Origin: a bacterium
GTDB lineage: Bacteria; Sysuimicrobiota; Sysuimicrobiia; Sysuimicrobiales; Kaftiobacteriaceae
Assembly (NCBI GenBank): GCA_035292085.1
Contig: DATDQT010000051.1
Location: 22,829 to 86,828, forward strand
Reading direction: 5' to 3'
Length of the DNA stretch: 64,000 bases
The notes beneath the pieces were generated by a model that worked only from the letters and a program-made list of their open reading frames with translations, had not been told where the DNA came from and did not search any database. The position numbers and the translations under genes were made by a program. Shown here in pieces: positions 33,379 to 42,815 of the stretch (the stretch's first letter is position 1; each line of letters starts with the position of its first letter).

Positions 33379-33819
33379 GTGAGGAGTTACGATCTCGTCT
33401 ACGTGATCAGGCCCGATCTGGAAACCGACGCCGTCCAGGCGGCGATCGACCGGATGACCACCCGCATCAAAGAACAGGGGGGAACGGTCGAAGCCGTGGA
33501 CGTGTGGGGCAAGAAGCGCATGGCGTTCACGATCCGCAAGCACCGCGACGGCGTGTTCGTGCACACCCGGTTTGCACTCGACACCCACAAGCTGGACGAG
33601 ATCCGGCGGGCCGCGGCGTTGAGTGAGGATCTACTGCGCGCCACCGTCACAACCGCCGTGGGCCCCACCCCGCAGCCAAAGTCCACGCCCACGCCGGCCG
33701 CAGGCCCCGAGCCGAGTCGAGGAGCCGTTCCGGTTCCTGTCTCAGGGCCCGAGCCAGACCGCGGGACGGAGACGCCGCGTGAACCCGCCCCCGACGCGGC
33801 ACCGGAGGCCAAGGGCTGA
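33379..33819 (+). CDS. rpsF: 30S ribosomal protein S6 with Pro/Ala/Glu-rich C-terminal extension
   Basis: S6 core (YDLVYVIRPDLETD ... WGKKRMAF) from GTG 33379; ~50 aa low-complexity acidic/proline tail. Confidence 0.9.
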   Translation: MRSYDLVYVIRPDLETDAVQAAIDRMTTRIKEQGGTVEAVDVWGKKRMAFTIRKHRDGVFVHTRFALDTHKLDEIRRAAALSEDLLRATVTTAVGPTPQPKSTPTPAAGPEPSRGAVPVPVSGPEPDRGTETPREPAPDAAPEAKG

Positions 33820-33820
33820 C

Positions 33821-34228
33821 GTGCTGAACCGCATCATCCTGATCGGACGGCTCACCCGCGACCCCGAACTCCGGTACGTCCCCAGCGGTCAGCCTGTCGC
33901 GAGTTTCACGCTTGCGGTGGACCGGCCGTTTGTGAACCAGCAGGGCGAGCGCGGCACGGACTTCATCGACATCGTGGCGTGGCGGCGCCTGGCGGAGCAG
34001 GTCACCACGCATCTCAGCAAGGGGCGGCTGGTTGCGGTGGAAGGCCGGCTGCAGATCCGCTCCTACGAGACCCAGGACGGCCAGAAGCGGAAGGTGGCGG
34101 AAGTCGTCGCCGACGGCGTGCGGTTTCTTGACCGTAAGACGGCCGCGGCCGCGGCGGGCGCTGAGCCCGGTACGCCCGCACCGGACGAAGAACAGTCCGA
34201 CGCCGGCGAAGACGACGTACCATTCTGA
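33821..34228 (+). CDS. ssb: Single-stranded DNA-binding protein
   Basis: OB fold (LNRIILIGRLTRDPELRY ... DFIDIVAWRRLAE) and acidic C-terminal tail ending DDVPF. Confidence 0.95.
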   Translation: MLNRIILIGRLTRDPELRYVPSGQPVASFTLAVDRPFVNQQGERGTDFIDIVAWRRLAEQVTTHLSKGRLVAVEGRLQIRSYETQDGQKRKVAEVVADGVRFLDRKTAAAAAGAEPGTPAPDEEQSDAGEDDVPF

Positions 34229-34295
34229 AATCACGATGGTAGATCATCCACAATCTACCATCCACCATCTACAATCGAATTGGGGGTTTTGAGAA

Positions 34296-34544
34296 ATGCC
34301 CGAAGGAAGGCCCAAGCGAGAGTGGCGCGGTCGGCGGCCGAAGCGCAAGAACTGCACCTTCTGCAGTGAGAAAGCCGAGTTCGTCGACTATAAGGACATC
34401 AACCGGCTGCGGCGGTTCGTGACTGAGCGAGGGAAGATCCTGCCCCGCCGCATCTCGGGGAACTGCGCACGCCACCAGCGGGTGCTGGCGACGGCGATCA
34501 AACGGGCCCGAGAATTGGCGCTGCTGCCCTACACGTCCGAGTAA
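34296..34544 (+). CDS. rpsR: 30S ribosomal protein S18
   Basis: S18 signature ([43 protein letters not shown]). Confidence 0.95.
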   Translation: MPEGRPKREWRGRRPKRKNCTFCSEKAEFVDYKDINRLRRFVTERGKILPRRISGNCARHQRVLATAIKRARELALLPYTSE

Positions 34545-34608
34545 CCCAGTCTTAGCCCAGACGCCAGGGAGCCCGAACACCAAACCCCCGTTAGGTTAGG
34601 GTCGTGCG

Positions 34609-35589
34609 ATGACCACGCGCAGCACGTCGGTCCGCGGGCTCACCGAAGGCGCGATTCTTGCCGCGCTTGTGGCCCTACTCGCGGTCGCCGTCCGCTACGT
34701 GCCCCTGCTCGGAACGGCCGCCGGATTCGTCTGCCCGCTCCCGCTGGCCGCGCTGGTCATCCGCCGCGGCCTGCGTATCGGCATTCTCGCGACCGCGGTG
34801 GCCGCGGCGATCGGCGGCATCATCGCCGGCCCGCTGGTCAGCGCCGCCATCGTGCTGGCGTTCGGCCCGCTCGGCATCACCCTCGGCGTCGGCGTGGCCC
34901 GCGGCTGGTCGGCGGGCCGGATCGTGCTCGCGGGCAGCATCGTCGGCACGGCGGGGATCCTCGCCAGCCTCGGCATCACCCTGGTCCTCGGCGGCGTGAA
35001 CCCCTACGTCGTCATGATCGAAAGCATGCGCCAGAGCCAGCAGGTGACCGCCCAGTTCTACCAGGGTCTGGGAGTGCCCCAGGAACAGATCAACCGTGTC
35101 TCGGGGCAGATGCGCCAGGCGATCGACCTGATGCCCCGGCTGATCCCCCTGCTGGTTGTCATCGGCGGTGTGGCGACAGCCTACCTGAACGTGGTGGTCG
35201 GCCGCGCGGTCCTCGGCCGGTTCGGCTACCGGCTTCCGCACCTGCCGCCGATGCGCGAATGGAGCATCCCCGCGCCGCTGATGTGGGTGTTCGTGTTGGG
35301 ATTCGTGTTCACGGCCTGGGGCGGCGCGGTGTCGCCGGCGCTGCAGTCGGCGGGCCTCAATCTGACCGTGCTGATGCAGATGGCCTACGCCGTGCAGGGA
35401 CTCATTGTGGGCTGGGTCCTGATGGAGCGGTACCGCGTGGCCGGCTGGCTCCGCTGGATCCCGATTTTTCTCGCGTTGTCCAATCCGCTGTTTGGGATGG
35501 CGGCCTTCTTCCTCGGGTTGGCCGATTCGGCGTTCTACCTGCGCGAGCGGTGGCGGACGAGTACGTCAGGCGCATCCGAGGGGCTGTGA
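34609..35589 (+). CDS. DUF2232 (YybS-like) polytopic membrane protein
   Basis: Multi-TM protein in the conserved rpsR-yybS-rplI position of Firmicutes. Confidence 0.7.
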   Translation: MTTRSTSVRGLTEGAILAALVALLAVAVRYVPLLGTAAGFVCPLPLAALVIRRGLRIGILATAVAAAIGGIIAGPLVSAAIVLAFGPLGITLGVGVARGWSAGRIVLAGSIVGTAGILASLGITLVLGGVNPYVVMIESMRQSQQVTAQFYQGLGVPQEQINRVSGQMRQAIDLMPRLIPLLVVIGGVATAYLNVVVGRAVLGRFGYRLPHLPPMREWSIPAPLMWVFVLGFVFTAWGGAVSPALQSAGLNLTVLMQMAYAVQGLIVGWVLMERYRVAGWLRWIPIFLALSNPLFGMAAFFLGLADSAFYLRERWRTSTSGASEGL

Positions 35590-35590
35590 G

Positions 35591-36037
35591 ATGAAGGTGA
35601 TCCTGCTCAAGGACGTCGCCGGCCTGGGTCCGGCCGGTGTCGTGAAAGAGGTGAAGGAGGGCTACGCACGCAACTTCCTGTTCCCCCGCGGGCTGGCGCG
35701 CGAGGCGACCGAAGGCGCGCTGCGTGCCCTGCAGCAGCAGCAGCATACGCACCGGGAGCGCGAGGATCACAAGCAGGCGGAAGCCCGGCAGCTGGCGGGG
35801 GCGCTGGAGGCCACCGTCGTGGAGGTTGCCGCGCGTGCGGGTGAAAGCGGACGTCTGTTCGGGTCGGTGACGGCTCAGGACATTGCCGACGCGCTGGCGG
35901 CGCGCGGGTATAACGTGAGCAAGAAGCAGGTTGAACTGGACGACCCCATTCACGCCGTCGGGTTCTTCAAAGTCCCCATCCGGATCGCCCCCGGTGTGGT
36001 GGCGCGGGTCGACATCAACGTCGTGGGACGCGCATGA
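35591..36037 (+). CDS. rplI: 50S ribosomal protein L9
   Basis: [37 protein letters not shown]-domain and C-domain. Confidence 0.95.
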   Translation: MKVILLKDVAGLGPAGVVKEVKEGYARNFLFPRGLAREATEGALRALQQQQHTHREREDHKQAEARQLAGALEATVVEVAARAGESGRLFGSVTAQDIADALAARGYNVSKKQVELDDPIHAVGFFKVPIRIAPGVVARVDINVVGRA

Positions 36038-38019
36038 CCGTCCGGCAGATCCGCCCATCGAAACCCGTGGTGAATCCCACCGGCCGCCTGACCGAGCGCG
36101 AGTCGCTGCGCCGGAGGACTGCGGCGCTGTTCGGCGTGCTCGGCGGCCTCTACGGCAGCGACAAGCTGAACCGGCGCGCAGAGAAACTCGGCGTCCTGAA
36201 ATTGATGCGCAGCCGCCAGCTGGGGCGGCGCGTGCTGGCCCTGCAGCGGCTGATTTACGATGACGTGTCCCTCCAGACCGTTCCCAAGGAGACCGAAATC
36301 CCGGTCGTCTTGGAAGACGCGCAGGAACGAATCGCCGACCTGATGGCGCAGCAGACGGTGAGCAATGACCTGCAGCGGCGGGTGGCGGACCGGATGCGCG
36401 AACGGCAGGAAGAGTACCTGCGCGAGATCCGCCTGCAGTTGCTGCAGGAACTGGGGACCGCCGAAACTCCGGCGACGCAGCGCAAGCTGGAGGAACTCGA
36501 CCGGCTCGACACGGTCCGGCTGGCCAAGACGGCGCTGGACGCGTTCCGTCCCAAGAAACTCTCGCAGGTTGTCGGCCAGGAACGGGCCATCCGGTCGCTG
36601 CTGAGCAAGCTCGCCGTCCCGTTTCCCCAGCACGTGATTCTCTACGGCCCGCCCGGGGTCGGCAAGACCACCGTCGCCCGCCTGGTGCTCGAAGACGCCA
36701 AGAAGCTGCCCTATACGCCGTTCAGCAAAGACGCCCCGTTTGTGGAAGTCGACGGGTCCACGCTGCGCTGGGACCAGCGCGAAGCCACCAACCCGCTGCT
36801 GGGGTCGGTCCACGATCCCATCTACCAGGGCTCGCGCCGCGACTTCGCCGATCTGGGCATTCCCGAACCCAAGCTGGGGCTCGTGACCCGCGCGCACGGC
36901 GGGGTCTTGTTCATTGACGAGATCGGTGAGTTCGATGCCGTGCTCCAGGCCAAGTTGCTGAAGGTGCTGGAAGACAAGCGGGTGTTCTTCGAGTCCAGTT
37001 ACTACGATCCGGATCACCCGCATCTGCCGGCCTATGTGCGCCGGCTGTTCGAGCGCGGCGCCCCGGCGGACTTCGTGCTCATCGGCGCCACGACCAAAGA
37101 GCCGGAGGAGATCAGCCCCACGCTGCGCAGCCGGTGTGCGGAAGTGTTCTTCGAGGCCCTGTCGCAGGAAGACGTCCAGAAGATCGTTCGCCAGGCGGCG
37201 CGGCGGGTGCCCGTCGAGCTGGGGACCGACGTCCCCCGTCTGGTGAGCGACTATACGATCGAGGGACGCAAAGCGGTCAACCTGCTCGCCGACGCGTTCG
37301 GCGTCGCGCTGTACCGCAAACGCCCGGCGCTGCGGCGGGGGGAGGTCACCAATGGGGCCGGGCGGGGCCGGCGTCGGCGCAGCCGCCCGCGGATCACCGC
37401 CAAGGATCTGCTTGAAGTCGTGCGGACCGGCCGGGTATCTGCCGGCACGTCGGTGAAAGCATCCGACACGCCGCTGGTCGGCCGGATCTTCGCGCTGGGT
37501 GTCACCCAGTACGTCGGCTCGGTCATCGAGATCGAGGCGACCGCGTTTCCCGCGGGCCAGAGGCGCCGCGGCACGATCCGGTTCAACGAAACCGCCGGCA
37601 CGATGGCCAAAGATTCGGTCTTCAATGCGGCGTCGGTGATCCGCAAGATCGCCGGCATTGACGTGGCCAACTACGACGTGCACGTCAACGTGATCGGCGG
37701 CGGGCAGATCGACGGTCCCAGTGCCGGGCTGGCCGTCGTGCTGGCGATGCTGAGCGCCATCCAGCGCCGCCCGCTGCGGCAGGATGTGGCCGTGACCGGC
37801 GAGGTGTCCATCCAGGGAAAGATCAAGCAGGTCGGCGGCATCGCCGAGAAGATTTACGGCGCCCGGCAGGCCGGGATGCGCAAAATCGTCGTGCCTGAGG
37901 AGAACCATCAGGACGTGCCGGCCGACGTGAAGGGCATCGACGTCGTGTGTACGTCGACGATCGACGACGTGCTTGCGCATGTAATCGTCCGCCGCCGCGG
38001 CCGGCGCGTTTCACACTGA
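36034..38019 (+). CDS. Lon-like AAA+ ATP-dependent protease (LonB/LonC type)
   Basis: Walker A (GPPGVGKTT), Lon S16 proteolytic domain with Ser-Lys dyad context (DGPSAGLAV ... [12 protein letters not shown]); lies between rplI and dnaB. Confidence 0.8.
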   Translation: MTVRQIRPSKPVVNPTGRLTERESLRRRTAALFGVLGGLYGSDKLNRRAEKLGVLKLMRSRQLGRRVLALQRLIYDDVSLQTVPKETEIPVVLEDAQERIADLMAQQTVSNDLQRRVADRMRERQEEYLREIRLQLLQELGTAETPATQRKLEELDRLDTVRLAKTALDAFRPKKLSQVVGQERAIRSLLSKLAVPFPQHVILYGPPGVGKTTVARLVLEDAKKLPYTPFSKDAPFVEVDGSTLRWDQREATNPLLGSVHDPIYQGSRRDFADLGIPEPKLGLVTRAHGGVLFIDEIGEFDAVLQAKLLKVLEDKRVFFESSYYDPDHPHLPAYVRRLFERGAPADFVLIGATTKEPEEISPTLRSRCAEVFFEALSQEDVQKIVRQAARRVPVELGTDVPRLVSDYTIEGRKAVNLLADAFGVALYRKRPALRRGEVTNGAGRGRRRRSRPRITAKDLLEVVRTGRVSAGTSVKASDTPLVGRIFALGVTQYVGSVIEIEATAFPAGQRRRGTIRFNETAGTMAKDSVFNAASVIRKIAGIDVANYDVHVNVIGGGQIDGPSAGLAVVLAMLSAIQRRPLRQDVAVTGEVSIQGKIKQVGGIAEKIYGARQAGMRKIVVPEENHQDVPADVKGIDVVCTSTIDDVLAHVIVRRRGRRVSH

Positions 38020-38167
38020 ACTCACAGCTTTCCCACCGCCGCCGCACAGCCATCGCACCGCAAACTTCCAGCTTTCCACAGGCTACCCCGAAGGTTTAAC
38101 CCGCGTCCTCCAGAAACCCACAGGGTCATCCAGGACTGATATGACCCAGACCGGCTATGCCTGCGTC

Positions 38168-38195
38168 TTGACAGCAAACATTTGTTCGCTATAGT
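38168..38195 (+). promoter_or_regulatory. dnaB promoter TTGACA-16-TATAGT with an embedded LexA-box-like sequence CAAACATTTGTTCG
   Basis: Consensus-like hexamers 28 bp upstream of the GGAGG RBS; the spacer contains an ACA-W-WTGTTCG motif shared with the lexA boxes. Confidence 0.5.
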
Positions 38196-38222
38196 GGGAA
38201 CTGATACGAACGGAGGTTCGGT

Positions 38223-41141
38223 ATGGCTTTGGTGACTCCCGTCGAGCGAGTCCCTCCGCAGAACCTGGAGGCGGAGCAGGGCGTGCTGGGCTCGATGCTG
38301 CTCGACCGGGACGCAATCGCCCGCGTCGTCGAGATGCTCCGGCCGGAGGACTTCTATCGGGACGCCCACCGGCGCATCTTTGAAGCGGTCGTCGACCTGT
38401 TCGAGCGAGGCGAACCGGTCGACCTGATCACCGTTACCGACCGGCTCCGGGACAAAGGCCAGCTCGACGACGTCGGCGGCGCATCGTACGTCACCGCGCT
38501 GCTCAATTCGATCCCCACCGCGGCCAACGTCGAGTACTACGCGCGCATCGTATTGCAGAAGTCCATGCTCCGCCAGCTCATTGCCGCCGGCACCCAGATT
38601 GCGCACTTGGGGTTTGAAGGCGAAAACGATGTCGAGCTGTTGATCGACCGCGCCGAGAAACTCGTCTTTGGCATCGCCAACCGCCGCCTCATTCAGGAAT
38701 TTCTGCCGATCCGCGAGATCCTCAAGGAGAGCTTCGAGCGCATCGACCGGCGCTACCAGGACAAGGGCACCGTCACGGGGGTTGCGACCGGTTTCACCGA
38801 TCTCGATCAGCTGACCAGCGGGCTGCAGCCGGCAGACCTGGTGATCGTGGCGGCCCGTCCGTCGATGGGCAAGTGCCTGAAGTACGACGCGGAGATCGTC
38901 GACGCCCGGACCGGAGAAGTGTGCACGATCCAGGAAATCGTCAGCCGGCGGGCCTCGGTCGTGTGGACGGTGACGGAAACCGGCGCGCTGGCGCAGGCGT
39001 CGCCGAGCCAGTTCGTCGACGACGGGATCAAGCCCGTCTACCGGGTGCGCACCGCCACCGGCCGCGAAGTTGAGACGACGCTGTCACACCCGTTTCTTAC
39101 GCCGCAGGGATGGTGGCGTCTTGAAGACCTGCACGCCGGCGATGTGATCGCGGTCCCCGCGCGGCTGCCCGTGTTCGGCCAGCTCGATCTGCCGGCGTAT
39201 GAGGTGAAACTGCTCGCCTACCTCTACGCGGCGACCATGCCGACCTCTGCCGTGCTGGCGACCGATTACGCCGATGCCGTTGCCGTGGGAGAGGCTATTC
39301 GGAACGCCACCTATCGCGGTCCGGAGTCCGGAGTCCGGAGTCCGGGGTCCCTGAGTCAAGACGAACCGGCGGATGCGACTGAGCCGGTGAATGTGCCGAT
39401 CGAAGGGGGGTCGGAGGCCGAGGTCGTCGGGGTCCTTCGAACTCGCCACCCGGCGCTGGCCGGTCCGGCCGCGCAGCGCCACCTGCCGGCGCCGATCTTC
39501 ATGCTGCGGCGGGGAAAGCTCGCGCTCTTTCTCTCGCGGCTGCTCGCCTGCGTCAGCACGGTTGAGCTGGAACCCGACGTGGTTGTTCACAGCACGCTTC
39601 CCTCAGTCCGGATGGCCCGCCAGGTCCAGCACCTGCTGCTGCGGTACGGCCTCGCCGCCGCGCGGCAGGAGGCGTCGCTGGTCTTTTCCGGAGATGCGGC
39701 GCGCGGCCTGTTCCGCGAGATCGGGCTGCTGGGGTGGGAGCGGTTGCGCCACTGGGCGCGGCATGACCAAGCACAGCTGCTGGCCGACGGCGACCTGCGG
39801 TGGGATCCGGTTACGGACATCGAGTACATCGGCGACGTCCAAGTCTACGACCTGACGATTCCCCGCTCGCACAACTTCATTGCCAATGACGTGTGTGTGC
39901 ACAACACGACGCTGGCCCTCAACATCGCCCAGCACGCGGCGATCCACCACTCGGTGCCGGTGGCCGTGTTCAGCCTGGAGACGTCCAAAGAACAGTTGGT
40001 CCAGCGCTTCCTCTGCGCCGAAGCCGAAGTCGACGGCTCGAAGCTGCGCACAGGGTTTCTGTCGGACTCGGACTGGCCGAAACTCGCGCGGGCGATGGGG
40101 CGGCTGTCTGAGGCGCCGGTGTTCATCGATGACTCCGCCACCATTTCCGTGATCGAGATGCGCGCGAAGGCGCGCAAGCTCAAGGCCGAGCACGGGTTGG
40201 GGCTGATCATCGTCGACTACCTCCAGATGATCCAATCCTACAAGCGCACCGAGAACCGTACCCAGGAGATTTCCGAGATCGCCCGGTCGCTGAAGTCGCT
40301 GGCGAAGGAACTCATGATCCCGCTGATCGCGGTGTCACAGTTGTCGCGCGCGGTCGAACTCACCGGCACCCGCCGGCCGCTGCTGTCTCATCTGCGGGAA
40401 TGCGTGACCGGCGACACGGTGGTCTGGGACGCTGACACCGGACGACGGTGGACGGTCGGTGAGCTGGCCGGACGATCTGAATGGCCTCGCCTGCTGTCGC
40501 TGGATGGCCATGGAAAACTCGTTCCCGTGAGGCCGGCGGCGGTTATCGAGAAGGGCGAGAATGAGGTTTTCGAACTCAGAACGAGCAGCGGAAGACGACT
40601 GACCGCGACTGGGAACCATCCGATTCTGACGTCCGATGGTTGGCTTCCGGTGAGCGCACTCAACCACACCTGCCTCGTTGCCACTGCGTGGAAGTTCTCG
40701 GAGGTGACCGGCGTTGGTGCTATGCATTCCGTTCGCCCTGAGCCTGTCGAAGGGCGAACCGGTAATCAACTCACTGGAATCTTGCTTTCGCAGCGACTGG
40801 GAACTCGTAGCGTCGAGGAACTGGCTAAACAGGATGTCCAGTGGGACCCGGTTCTGGAAGTTACTGCGAAGGGGATATCACCCGTTTATGATCTCGTAAT
40901 GCCAGGGACGCACAACTTCATCGCCAATGGCCTTGCTGTGCACAATTCGGGTGAATTGGAGCAAGTGGCCGATCTTGTGCTCTTCATCTACCGCGAGGAC
41001 TACTACAATCCCAACACCGAGAAGAAGAACCTCGCCGAGATCCTGATTGCCAAGCACCGCAACGGCCCCATCGGCCAGGTCGACCTCTTCTTCCACAGGG
41101 AGCACAGCAAGTTCGGGAATCTCGAACGACGCAGAACCTAA
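38223..41141 (+). CDS. dnaB: Replicative DNA helicase DnaB precursor containing two inteins (mature helicase ~446 aa)
   Basis: DnaB N-domain; Walker A split as ARPSMGK|C...VHN|TTLALNI; second insertion at HLRE|C...VHN|SGELEQ. Confidence 0.95.
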   Translation: MALVTPVERVPPQNLEAEQGVLGSMLLDRDAIARVVEMLRPEDFYRDAHRRIFEAVVDLFERGEPVDLITVTDRLRDKGQLDDVGGASYVTALLNSIPTAANVEYYARIVLQKSMLRQLIAAGTQIAHLGFEGENDVELLIDRAEKLVFGIANRRLIQEFLPIREILKESFERIDRRYQDKGTVTGVATGFTDLDQLTSGLQPADLVIVAARPSMGKCLKYDAEIVDARTGEVCTIQEIVSRRASVVWTVTETGALAQASPSQFVDDGIKPVYRVRTATGREVETTLSHPFLTPQGWWRLEDLHAGDVIAVPARLPVFGQLDLPAYEVKLLAYLYAATMPTSAVLATDYADAVAVGEAIRNATYRGPESGVRSPGSLSQDEPADATEPVNVPIEGGSEAEVVGVLRTRHPALAGPAAQRHLPAPIFMLRRGKLALFLSRLLACVSTVELEPDVVVHSTLPSVRMARQVQHLLLRYGLAAARQEASLVFSGDAARGLFREIGLLGWERLRHWARHDQAQLLADGDLRWDPVTDIEYIGDVQVYDLTIPRSHNFIANDVCVHNTTLALNIAQHAAIHHSVPVAVFSLETSKEQLVQRFLCAEAEVDGSKLRTGFLSDSDWPKLARAMGRLSEAPVFIDDSATISVIEMRAKARKLKAEHGLGLIIVDYLQMIQSYKRTENRTQEISEIARSLKSLAKELMIPLIAVSQLSRAVELTGTRRPLLSHLRECVTGDTVVWDADTGRRWTVGELAGRSEWPRLLSLDGHGKLVPVRPAAVIEKGENEVFELRTSSGRRLTATGNHPILTSDGWLPVSALNHTCLVATAWKFSEVTGVGAMHSVRPEPVEGRTGNQLTGILLSQRLGTRSVEELAKQDVQWDPVLEVTAKGISPVYDLVMPGTHNFIANGLAVHNSGELEQVADLVLFIYREDYYNPNTEKKNLAEILIAKHRNGPIGQVDLFFHREHSKFGNLERRRT
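38874..39905 (+). mobile_element. DnaB intein 1 (344 aa, inserted in the P-loop; with degenerate LAGLIDADG-like endonuclease region)
   Basis: Starts with Cys after GK of Walker A, ends His-Asn followed by Thr; KLLAYLYAA and LFLSRLLA segments suggest a decayed homing-endonuclease domain. Confidence 0.85.
40401..40946 (+). mobile_element. DnaB intein 2 (182 aa mini-intein, inserted at the LRE|SG helicase motif)
   Basis: Cys start, block-B-like TxxH (ATGNHPILTS), terminal VHN followed by Ser; locally lower GC. Confidence 0.85.
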
Positions 41142-41150
41142 CGCACGGCA

Positions 41151-41738
41151 ATGCGGAGGCGGCGGCCTTCGGATCACCCTGGCGCCGCGGCGGCGATTCT
41201 CGACAGATTGCGCGGTCATTCCGGCATCGCCGAACGGCGCGCGGTCCGCGAACTGGTCCGTCTTGGGCCGGCGGCGGTGCCTGACTTGGTGCGGGCGGCG
41301 GCGCAGCATCACAACGCGTTCGCCCGCGGCGTGGCCGTGCGTGCCCTCGGAGCATTCGGGAAACGCGGGCGACCTGCGGTTCTCCGGGCGCTGGACGATC
41401 GTGCCATGCCCGTCAGGCTGGCAGCACTGATCGCCCTGGATCACATGTGGACTCGCAGTGCGGCGCCGTATGTCATCGGGATGCTGCGGGATCCAAGCGG
41501 AGGCATCCGAGTAAACGCGGCGGCCATTCTGGGACGCCACCGCGTGCGCGAGGGGTCGAGTGCTCTTGTCCGCCTGCTTCGCGATGGCATGTGGTACGTG
41601 CGGCAGGAAGCCGCGCAGGCCCTCGGGATGTTGCGGGTGCCGGCGGCACGACGTGGGTTGGCACGGGCCTTGGATGACCCACGCCCGGCAGTCCGGCGCG
41701 CCGCGGCTGCGGCGCTGGAGCGAATCGGACGCGGTTAG
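41151..41738 (+). CDS. HEAT-repeat (PBS-lyase type) protein
   Basis: Repeated ~30-aa units with VRxxAAxALG pattern (five to six copies). Confidence 0.7.
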   Translation: MRRRRPSDHPGAAAAILDRLRGHSGIAERRAVRELVRLGPAAVPDLVRAAAQHHNAFARGVAVRALGAFGKRGRPAVLRALDDRAMPVRLAALIALDHMWTRSAAPYVIGMLRDPSGGIRVNAAAILGRHRVREGSSALVRLLRDGMWYVRQEAAQALGMLRVPAARRGLARALDDPRPAVRRAAAAALERIGRG

Positions 41739-41753
41739 CGAATCAGTTTCTGT

Positions 41754-42671
41754 GTGAGCAGCGTCTTTGCTCTCCTTTCCGCCCTCCTGTTCGCCGGCAA
41801 CGCGGTCTGCGTCCGCCTGTCGCTGCGCGGGTCGACGGCGGCGACGGCGGTCATGGTGTCGATCGTTACGAACCTCAGTGCTCTGTGGCTGCTCGCGGCG
41901 GTAGGCGGGTCGCTGCCGAGGGTCTTCAGTGGGGCGGCCCTGGTGTTTCTTGCGGCGGGTCTGTTCGCGCCGGCGCTGGCGCGGCTGACGTACTACGAGA
42001 GCATCAACCTCATCGGCGTCGCGCGGGCGGCAACAATCAGCAACACGACCCCGCTGTTTTCTGCGGTGCTCGCGGTCCCGATTCTGGGCGAACGCCTGAC
42101 GTGGAGCCTCGCCGTGGGAACGGTCCTCGTGGTCATCGGCGTGGCGCTGACCTTCCGACCGCAGCCCGGCAGCCCACCGGATCTGCCAGGCACCGCGGGT
42201 GCCCCCGGACCACTCGCCGCCCTCGGGGTCAGGGCACGCCGGACCAGTACGCTGGGCCTGCTGCTGGCGCTCAACACCGCCGTGATGGCCAGCGTCTCGT
42301 TCATGCTGCGCAAGATCGGGTTGCGGATGCTCCCCGATCCCAATCTGGCGGCGGCGCTGACGGTCACCGGATCGCTGGTCACGCTGCTGCCGTATCTCGG
42401 GGCCCGGCGGCGTCAGCAGCCGATCCGCGCGGACCGCAACAGCCTCACGTACCTCATTGCCGGCGGCGTGCTGTCGACCGGCGGGTTCCTGGCCTACTAC
42501 CTGGCCCTGAACCTGGGGGACGTGGTGCGGGTGACGCCGCTGAGCAATACGAGCCCGCTGTTCGCGATTCTGCTGCTGCTGGTGTTCCGTGAGGTCGAAG
42601 CCCTCACGACCAGTACGATCACCGGCGCCCTCATCACCGTCGCCGGCATTCTCCTCGTACTCATGGGCTAA
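41754..42671 (+). CDS. EamA/DMT-superfamily transporter
   Basis: Ten predicted TM helices in two EamA-like halves. Confidence 0.75.
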   Translation: MSSVFALLSALLFAGNAVCVRLSLRGSTAATAVMVSIVTNLSALWLLAAVGGSLPRVFSGAALVFLAAGLFAPALARLTYYESINLIGVARAATISNTTPLFSAVLAVPILGERLTWSLAVGTVLVVIGVALTFRPQPGSPPDLPGTAGAPGPLAALGVRARRTSTLGLLLALNTAVMASVSFMLRKIGLRMLPDPNLAAALTVTGSLVTLLPYLGARRRQQPIRADRNSLTYLIAGGVLSTGGFLAYYLALNLGDVVRVTPLSNTSPLFAILLLLVFREVEALTTSTITGALITVAGILLVLMG

Positions 42672-42815
42672 CTCACACGACTCACCCAACTTGCACAACT
42701 CACCCAACTAACGACCGAAAACCCTGGCGGCCGTGTACGTTGCGAGTTGCCAGTTAAGTGAGTTGTGTGAGTTGTGTGAGTTGTGTCAGTTGTGTCAGTT
42801 GAGTGAGTTAAGCTC
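42672..42815. repeat. Tandem 9-mer (GTGAGTTGT)n array and its inverted copy forming a long imperfect palindrome
   Basis: ACTCACACGACTCACCCAACTTGCACAACTCACCCAACT ... GTGAGTTGTGTGAGTTGTGTGAGTTGTGTCAGTTGTGTCAGTTGAGTGAGTT between convergent eamA and pepF, extending into the pepF 3' end. Confidence 0.7.
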
